Source of the DNA: Candidatus Cloacimonadales bacterium
GTDB lineage: Bacteria; Cloacimonadota; Cloacimonadia; Cloacimonadales; JAIOQZ01
NCBI GenBank assembly: GCA_963665815.1
Contig: OY762463.1
Span: 1,152,001-1,216,000 of the forward strand
DNA: 64,000 bases
Direction: 5' to 3'
The notes below the pieces were generated by a model. The model did not search any database and was not told where the DNA came from. It worked only from the letters and a program-made list of their open reading frames with translations. Of the stretch, positions 57,707 through 64,000 are shown in pieces; the stretch's first letter is position 1; every line of letters starts with the position of its first letter. The position numbers were made by a program, and so were the translations under genes.

Positions 57707-59005
57707 TCATTGTACAATTCCAACGCGGTTAAATATATAGTCAACATTTTTCAGATATCTTTCGTAAGAAAATACTTCCTGAAGATCTTCTTCTGCTAAA
57801 TATTCCATAATTTCACTGTCATTTCGAATATATTCTTCAAATGGTTTCTTCTCTCTCCAGCACTTCATTGCATTTCTCTGAATGAATGCATAAGACTGTT
57901 CTCGGCTGATACCTTTTTCAGTCAGTTTAAGAAGCATAGGCTGTGAAAATACCAGTCCGTTAGTAAGCTCAATATTCTTCATCATGTTTTCCGGGTAAAG
58001 AAGAAGGTTATCAATCAGAGTAATCATTTTTTCCAGCATATAGTGAACAAGTATTGTTGAGTCAGGAAGAATCACTCTCTCAACAGATGAATGACTGATA
58101 TCTCTTTCATGCCATAAAGCATTGTTTTCCATAGCTGCATGAGCATTGCTTCTGATCAGTCTGGCAAGTCCGCACATCTGTTCCGTAGCAATAGGGTTTC
58201 TCTTATGAGGCATTGCAGATGAACCTTTCTGACCTTTTGTAAAGTTTTCTTCAGCCTCGAGAACTTCTGTTCTCTGCAGGTGTCTGATTTCAACAGAAAT
58301 CTTCTCAATTGTGGAAGCTGTCAGCGCCAGAGCTGACATGAATTCTGCATGTCTGTCTCTCTGGATCACCTGTGTTGCAATATTCACATTATCAAGTTGT
58401 AAAAACTCACATGCATACTTTTCTATTTCAGGTGAAAGATGAGCATAATTTCCGACAGCACCCGAGAATTGCCCAATTGATACAATTGCTGTAGCTTTCT
58501 CCATACGTTCAATGTTTCTCAATGTCTCATCATACCACAAGGCGAACTTTAGACCGAAGGAAGTAGGTTCTGCATGAATACCATGAGATCGCCCGATACA
58601 TAATGTGTTTTTATGTACCAAAGCCTGCTTTTTCAGCACATCAGAAAAGGTTATCAGCTTTTTGATAATAAGAGTTCCTGCCTGCTTTAACTGGAGAGCA
58701 AGGCCAGTGTCAAGGATATCGGAAGATGTAAGTCCATAATGGATAAATCTTGATGAAGGTCCAACATGTTCTGCTACATTTGTAAGAAAAGCAATCACAT
58801 CGTGCTTTGTTTCTTTTTCGATTTCATCAATTCGTTCAACTTCAAAATCAGCCTTTTCAACGATGTTATCAAGATCCTCTTGCGGAATCATATTAAGCTT
58901 AGCCATTGCTTTACAGGCTGCGATTTCTACATCCAACCAGCATTGATACTTGTTTTGCAGTTCCCAGATATTCCCCATTTCAGGCTTAGTATATCTTTTA
59001 ATCAT
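57707..59005 (-). CDS. purB: adenylosuccinate lyase
   Basis: HDVIAF, HYGLTSSD, GRSHGIHAEP, GSSAMPHKRNP, WHERDISHSSVER. Confidence 0.97.
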   Translation of the reverse strand: MIKRYTKPEMGNIWELQNKYQCWLDVEIAACKAMAKLNMIPQEDLDNIVEKADFEVERIDEIEKETKHDVIAFLTNVAEHVGPSSRFIHYGLTSSDILDTGLALQLKQAGTLIIKKLITFSDVLKKQALVHKNTLCIGRSHGIHAEPTSFGLKFALWYDETLRNIERMEKATAIVSIGQFSGAVGNYAHLSPEIEKYACEFLQLDNVNIATQVIQRDRHAEFMSALALTASTIEKISVEIRHLQRTEVLEAEENFTKGQKGSSAMPHKRNPIATEQMCGLARLIRSNAHAAMENNALWHERDISHSSVERVILPDSTILVHYMLEKMITLIDNLLLYPENMMKNIELTNGLVFSQPMLLKLTEKGISREQSYAFIQRNAMKCWREKKPFEEYIRNDSEIMEYLAEEDLQEVFSYERYLKNVDYIFNRVGIVQ

Positions 59006-59027
59006 CTTAAATCCCTTTAGTTTATTG

Positions 59028-59666
59028 TTAATTTATGATTGGCAAAACCTTAACTTTTGATGTTGCAATTTTGTCAATTTTAATATTAATAACGTCTTTA
59101 TTATATTGATCTACAATAAGTTCACTCAACTTATCGTTTTCTGAATATATCATTTTTACTTCTGAACACTGTAACGGCACTGAAATAATTTTTAAAAATC
59201 CATGTTTGTTCACAGAAACACTGATATCATTAATCTTAGCTTTCCTGTTTTTAACTAATTCTGCTTTTTTCTCAATCAGATATGTACTGATTGATCTTAA
59301 AACTGTAACTACCAGTTTAATGTTTTCTTCATCATATTCGCTCAATGTAAACTGTTCATCACTGCTCCTGAATACGAATGCAGAATCTGCATATACTGAA
59401 AGAAAAGGTGTTGGCTTCATTCCGAGAATTCCGGAATCAAAAATATCAAGCCTCATAGCTTTATCTTTCTTCCTCAGAGATATGTTTTTTCTGAATGCAA
59501 ATTGTTTGTGGTTATATTCAATTATTCCCGAGATTTTAAACTCTTTGAAAAGCTCAATCTGAGACTCAAGATTTCTTACGAACTCATCTTCTGAAATTCT
59601 GAAATAGCTGCACGAACTTAAAAAAGCAAGAACTATTAGCATTGCAGAAATCTTAAACAGCTTCAT
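59028..59666 (-). CDS. hypothetical lipoprotein
   Basis: Lipobox LSSC; beta-rich; overlaps the lgt stop. Confidence 0.65.
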   Translation of the reverse strand: MKLFKISAMLIVLAFLSSCSYFRISEDEFVRNLESQIELFKEFKISGIIEYNHKQFAFRKNISLRKKDKAMRLDIFDSGILGMKPTPFLSVYADSAFVFRSSDEQFTLSEYDEENIKLVVTVLRSISTYLIEKKAELVKNRKAKINDISVSVNKHGFLKIISVPLQCSEVKMIYSENDKLSELIVDQYNKDVINIKIDKIATSKVKVLPIIN

Positions 59667-60474
59667 GAGTATCCCGTTTCATATATATCCTGATCATGGC
59701 AACAACAGCTGTAATCAGCATTACAGAACTGAGAATCTGTCCCATTGTAAGAAAACCAATAAGAAATCCATGATTGGGCATATGGGCATCCGGTTGACGT
59801 ACAAACTCAAGCATGAATCGGAATATACCATACAGTCCTATAAACGCCCAGAAAACGATTCCATGTTTCAGGTTCTTTCTATTAAGGTAATGGAGTATTG
59901 CAAACATCAGAATACCTTCGAGGAACATTTCATACAATTGTGAAGGGTGTCTTGGTTCACCGTTTGTTCCCGGAAAGATAACTCCCCATGGCACATTTGT
60001 AATTCTTCCATATAATTCACCATTGATAAAATTACCGAGTCTACCGAGTCCAAGCCCGATTGCTACCAGAGGCATAACCGGATCAGCATATTGATAAAAA
60101 GACAGTTTGTATTTCCTGCAGAAAATCAGTCCTGATACAATTACACCGAGAGCTCCTCCGTGAAATGACATCCCGCTGATTCCAACAAAGTGTCCATCTT
60201 TAAAAGGCCAGATGACTTCAAGAGGGTTTTGCAGGTAATATGAAAAGTTATAAAATAACACATATCCTGTTCTACCCCCAAGGATAACTCCCAGCATTAT
60301 ATAGAATAGAAGATTTTCATATTCTTCTTTACTTAGAGTAATGCCTTTCTTTTTATAATTTCTTTTGATAAAAATATAACCTATGACAAAACTGATTATA
60401 TAGAATAAAGCATACCATCTGATCTCCAAAGGACCAATATGCAGCAAAACGGGATCTATATCGGGAAAATTCAT
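59653..60474 (-). CDS. lgt: prolipoprotein diacylglyceryl transferase
   Basis: IRWY, GVILGGR.GYVLFY, GMSFHGG, GRLGNFINGELYGR, RHPSQLYE, RF..EF.R.PD. Confidence 0.96.
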   Translation of the reverse strand: MNFPDIDPVLLHIGPLEIRWYALFYIISFVIGYIFIKRNYKKKGITLSKEEYENLLFYIMLGVILGGRTGYVLFYNFSYYLQNPLEVIWPFKDGHFVGISGMSFHGGALGVIVSGLIFCRKYKLSFYQYADPVMPLVAIGLGLGRLGNFINGELYGRITNVPWGVIFPGTNGEPRHPSQLYEMFLEGILMFAILHYLNRKNLKHGIVFWAFIGLYGIFRFMLEFVRQPDAHMPNHGFLIGFLTMGQILSSVMLITAVVAMIRIYMKRDTHEAV

Positions 60475-60534
60475 CAAACACTCCAAATCGAAACAGGAAA
60501 CCACCATGATTTCCTGTATTTTGAACAGTCTATA

Positions 60535-60564
60535 AAAAAAGGCTCAGTTATTCCTAACCGAGCC
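60535..60564 (-). terminator. rho-independent terminator after etfB
   Basis: Minus strand GGCTCGGTTA-loop-TAACTGAGCC followed by T6. Confidence 0.75.
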
Positions 60565-60570
60565 AATAAT

Positions 60571-61353
60571 CTACATCATTAATTCTTTAAGTTTATTATA
60601 CAGTATCTCGGCTGCTTTTTCAGGTTCAACCTCATACTTCTCCCCTTTCTTTTCTATCTTTGGGGAGAATATTTTAATAACTTGAGTCGGTGAACCATTT
60701 AATCCGACATTAGCTTCATCCAGTTCAAGGTCTTCGGCAGTCAGAGTTTTGAGTTCAGCCTTTCTTGCGTTTCTTTTTCCTCTGAGTGAAGGAAGCCGTG
60801 GAATATTAATTTCTTTAACAACTGTAATCAATGCCGGAAGATTCATCTTCACGGTATCGAATCCTTCTTCCATAAGTCTTTCAATAGTAATAGTGTTATC
60901 GCTGACTTCAACAACCTTTCTCACGAAACAAGTTTGAGGAATATCCATATGAGCTGCCACACCGGGTCCAACTTGTGCTGTATCACCGTCAATTGCCTGT
61001 TGACCCATTATAATAAGATCGTACGCCCCAATTTTTCTGATTGCTTCTGTCAGCGTCAGACTGGTAGCCCATGTATCTGCTCCTGCAAATTTTCTATCTG
61101 TAATCAAATAGATATCATCAACGCCCATTGCAATACAATCTCTGAGAGCAGTTTCCACTTGAGGAGGTCCCATACTGATTGCGGTTACCTTTCCGCCATA
61201 CTCTTCCTTTAATCTGAGAGCCTCTTCAATAGCATAAAGATCAAATGGATTTATTATGCTGTCGACAGAATCTCTGATCAGAGTATTTGTAACCGGATCA
61301 ATCTTAATCTCTGTAGTATCCGGAACTTGTTTTATAGCTACTATTATATTCAT
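60571..61353 (-). CDS. etfB: electron transfer flavoprotein beta subunit
   Basis: IKQVPDT, INPFDL.A.EEAL, SMGP, FAGADT.ATS, GQQAIDGDTAQVGP, PRLPS. Confidence 0.95.
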   Translation of the reverse strand: MNIIVAIKQVPDTTEIKIDPVTNTLIRDSVDSIINPFDLYAIEEALRLKEEYGGKVTAISMGPPQVETALRDCIAMGVDDIYLITDRKFAGADTWATSLTLTEAIRKIGAYDLIIMGQQAIDGDTAQVGPGVAAHMDIPQTCFVRKVVEVSDNTITIERLMEEGFDTVKMNLPALITVVKEINIPRLPSLRGKRNARKAELKTLTAEDLELDEANVGLNGSPTQVIKIFSPKIEKKGEKYEVEPEKAAEILYNKLKELMM

Positions 61354-61363
61354 AATTAACCTC

Positions 61364-62470
61364 TTATTTCTTGAAAAAATCTTTTATGGTTTTTATCACA
61401 TAATCCATCTGTTCTTCTGTTATTTCAGAAAAAACCGGAATTGATAATACTTCATGAGACGCTCTTTCTGACTCAGGAAAATCACCTTCCTTATATCCGA
61501 GATATTCGAAGCATTCCTGAAGGTGCAGAGCCAGAGGATAATATATTGCACAACCGATATCTGCATCCCTTAAAGCCTGCATAAGCTCATCTCTCTTATC
61601 TGTTCTTATTGTGAACTGATTATAAATCATATATGCGTCTTCAACGACCTGAGGCAGTTGAATTTGATCGACATCATTCAAATGTCTGTAATAATATTCT
61701 GCGTTCTTTCTGCGAAGTTCAGACCAACCCTTAAGTTTCTTCAGTTTCACAGATAATACAGCTGCCTGAACAGTGTCCATTCTACTGTTCATTCCAACAA
61801 ACTTATGGTAATACTTTGGATTCTCCCCATGAACTCTCATTTGTCTCAGATCCTGAGCAAGATCATCATTATTTGTGAGACACATTCCTGCATCCCCCAT
61901 AGCACCAAGATTCTTACTTGGGAAGAATGAAAGAGTTCCAATATCACCTATTGTTCCGGATGCTTTCCCCTGATACAGAGAACCAATTCCCTGAGCTGTG
62001 TCTTCTATTACATAAAGATCATGTTTTTCAGCAAAATCCATAATCTTGTCCATTTCGGCAGGTTGACCAAACAAATGAACAGGGATAATAGCTTTGGTAT
62101 TTTCAGTTAAGGCTGCTTCAAGTTTGTCAGGATCCATATTATATGTTTCTTTCTTAATATCAACAAATACTGTTTTAGCTCCAACTCTTTCTATTGCACC
62201 GCATGTTGCAAAAAATGTAAATGGAACGGTAATAACTTCATCACCTTTTTTAAGTCCCAAAGCTCTTAAAGCCAGGACCAGAGCATCAGATCCGGATGCA
62301 CATGCTATAGCGTGTTTTACATTAAGAAATTCTTCTATCTGAGATTCAAATTCTCTGATTTGGGGTCCCATTATGTAACGATGGGTTTCAATAACTTTAT
62401 TTATTTCATTTTTAATATCATCCAGTATTTCACTATACTGTAAATCTAAATCAAGCAGAGGTACTTTCAT
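61364..62470 (-). CDS. DegT/DnrJ/EryC1/StrS PLP-dependent sugar aminotransferase
   Basis: SGSDAL, PFTFFAT, PVHLFGQ, IEDTAQ, SFFPSKNLGA.GDAG, NSRMD..QAA. Confidence 0.95.
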   Translation of the reverse strand: MKVPLLDLDLQYSEILDDIKNEINKVIETHRYIMGPQIREFESQIEEFLNVKHAIACASGSDALVLALRALGLKKGDEVITVPFTFFATCGAIERVGAKTVFVDIKKETYNMDPDKLEAALTENTKAIIPVHLFGQPAEMDKIMDFAEKHDLYVIEDTAQGIGSLYQGKASGTIGDIGTLSFFPSKNLGAMGDAGMCLTNNDDLAQDLRQMRVHGENPKYYHKFVGMNSRMDTVQAAVLSVKLKKLKGWSELRRKNAEYYYRHLNDVDQIQLPQVVEDAYMIYNQFTIRTDKRDELMQALRDADIGCAIYYPLALHLQECFEYLGYKEGDFPESERASHEVLSIPVFSEITEEQMDYVIKTIKDFFKK

Positions 62471-62489
62471 AATCTCTCCAATCACAAAA

Positions 62490-63548
62490 TTATTTTATAA
62501 ATACATTATACAATGTTGCACAAGAAACTAAAGCATATAGCCATTGCCTGGCCTCATACAACCAGGTTTCGGGAACAACAATTGCATCTCCAGGCAGAAT
62601 TTGCTGCCCTTTATATTTTATCTTTTCTCCATTGTTTTTCAATATATAAATTCTCTTCATTGAACCATTTATATTCGCTCCGCCAGCCCTGGAGACATAA
62701 AACATCGCATTCTTACCTGACTCATATGGGAATCTATCTGGTCTGTAAACCTGCCCATTAACATATACATAATTAATTAATGAACCAAAATAGATTTCAT
62801 CTCCGACCATAAGCTTTACATCTTTTTTAACAATCATAGATGAATCATTCCTGATCATACTTGAATTATCAAAATCAGTAAACATATATTTGTTTTCAAG
62901 ACTGTTTCTCAAATCTCCAACAGTATAAGGGATATCAAGTTCAATGTACTCTATAACACAGGAAGTATCAGAATATACATATACTTTTGCATAATCTTTT
63001 GCATATTCATAAGTTATTATATCTCCGTCATATATCGCTGGATTGTGAGATTCATCTCCATCCCTTATATATTTCCTGAGATCATAAATTTTCGTTATAC
63101 CTTCTCTGGTAATTTTAATTTTCCTGCTTGCAGCAGGCATCATCCCTCTTGGAAGCTTGGATATTTCATACAAGGTAACTATGTCTTCAAAAATATGGTT
63201 ACCGGAAACAACAACTGCTCCCGTTAATGTAACTCTTGAAGGTGCTATTGAATAAAGATCAATATACACATGATTAATCTGAGTTTTAGAGTAAAAAGTC
63301 TCCTTGATGAGCTTTATAGCATTTTCAAGTGTTTCCCCCTGAACATGAACTTCAACTTCCAACGGATGAAGACTTACAACTCCAGTTGCTAATACAGGAA
63401 TCAGGACTGAAGAAGAATCTAATAATGAAGTCTGAAGACTGAAAACATCTCCAATTTTCACTTTGTATTCAGAAGGATTCAGATCTATACTGAAAACAGC
63501 AGTAAAACTCAACAAAAACAATAATATAAATATGAATCTATTTTTCAT
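62490..63548 (-). CDS. SLBB-domain polysaccharide export protein (Wza-like)
   Basis: Y....GD, V.LTGAV, NP..YDGD.I, VYVNGQVYRP..F, ILPGDAIVVP. Confidence 0.8.
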   Translation of the reverse strand: MKNRFIFILLFLLSFTAVFSIDLNPSEYKVKIGDVFSLQTSLLDSSSVLIPVLATGVVSLHPLEVEVHVQGETLENAIKLIKETFYSKTQINHVYIDLYSIAPSRVTLTGAVVVSGNHIFEDIVTLYEISKLPRGMMPAASRKIKITREGITKIYDLRKYIRDGDESHNPAIYDGDIITYEYAKDYAKVYVYSDTSCVIEYIELDIPYTVGDLRNSLENKYMFTDFDNSSMIRNDSSMIVKKDVKLMVGDEIYFGSLINYVYVNGQVYRPDRFPYESGKNAMFYVSRAGGANINGSMKRIYILKNNGEKIKYKGQQILPGDAIVVPETWLYEARQWLYALVSCATLYNVFIK

Positions 63549-64000
63549 AGTATTCAATAATTCCTCTTAGAATATCATCTAAATTATTCTTAGGTTCGTA
63601 GTTAACATATTCTTTAATTTTTCTTATATCAGGTTTTCTATTCATCATATCTTCAAAACCGTCTTCATAGGCATCTTCATATTTAACTATTTCAATTTTG
63701 GAAGTACTATTTGTGATTTCCTTTACCTTTAATGCAAGTTCTTTAATTGAAATGCTTTCTGTTGAACCAATATTAAAGATTTGACCTTCGGCTTCTTTAT
63801 TTGCCATTAATTTAATCATACCGGAAACAACATCTGCTACATGAGCAAAACATCTTGTTTGCTCTCCTGTCCCAAACACTTCAATCGGGTGATTTAGCAG
63901 AGCATTCTTAACAAACTTAGGAATAACCATTCCGTATTGTCCTGTCTGGCGTGGTCCTACAGTATTGAAACATCTTACAATTACTACAGGTAGTTTCTTT
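63538..64000 (-). CDS. nucleotide-sugar epimerase/dehydratase, 5'-truncated by the window edge
   Basis: VVIVRCFNTVGPRQTGQYGMVIP.F, GTGEQTRCF.HV.D, IFNIG. Confidence 0.9.
   Translation of the reverse strand, partial: KKLPVVIVRCFNTVGPRQTGQYGMVIPKFVKNALLNHPIEVFGTGEQTRCFAHVADVVSGMIKLMANKEAEGQIFNIGSTESISIKELALKVKEITNSTSKIEIVKYEDAYEDGFEDMMNRKPDIRKIKEYVNYEPKNNLDDILRGIIEYYEK

Overview
AT-rich chromosomal window from an anaerobic diderm bacterium. Cloacimonadota (FCB superphylum) is inferred from the FlgD-Ig/'YPNPFNPETTISY' C-terminal sorting domain, the group II GGGP synthase and the GlmL-like gene pair. No rRNA, tRNA, CRISPR array, prophage or intact transposase is visible. Layout: (1) 0.3-8.3 kb, an operon led by a GGGP synthase, then a PHP phosphatase, epimerase, two methyltransferases, a flippase-like protein, MoxR and a secreted protein; (2) 8-18 kb, patatin, tandem ankyrin lipoproteins, a periplasmic protein/porin pair and rdgB; (3) 18.9-30 kb, a dense signalling cluster; (4) 33.4-47.9 kb, the most unusual block: an NtrC-type two-component system, five divergent beta-propeller lipoproteins with shared ends and a duplicated promoter, three families of REP/MITE-like repeats, and a sigma54-promoted NEW3-domain/ABC operon; (5) 48.0-48.2 kb, a candidate four-way-junction small RNA with its own promoter and terminator; (6) ackA, an orphan S1 3' fragment and decayed mobile-element debris; (7) a long minus-strand run with a GlmL-like ATPase and an uncharacterised partner, comF, purQ/purS, pssA, a degenerate Psd homologue, purB, lgt, etfB and polysaccharide genes. 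All calls come from motif recognition by eye; no database search was run.
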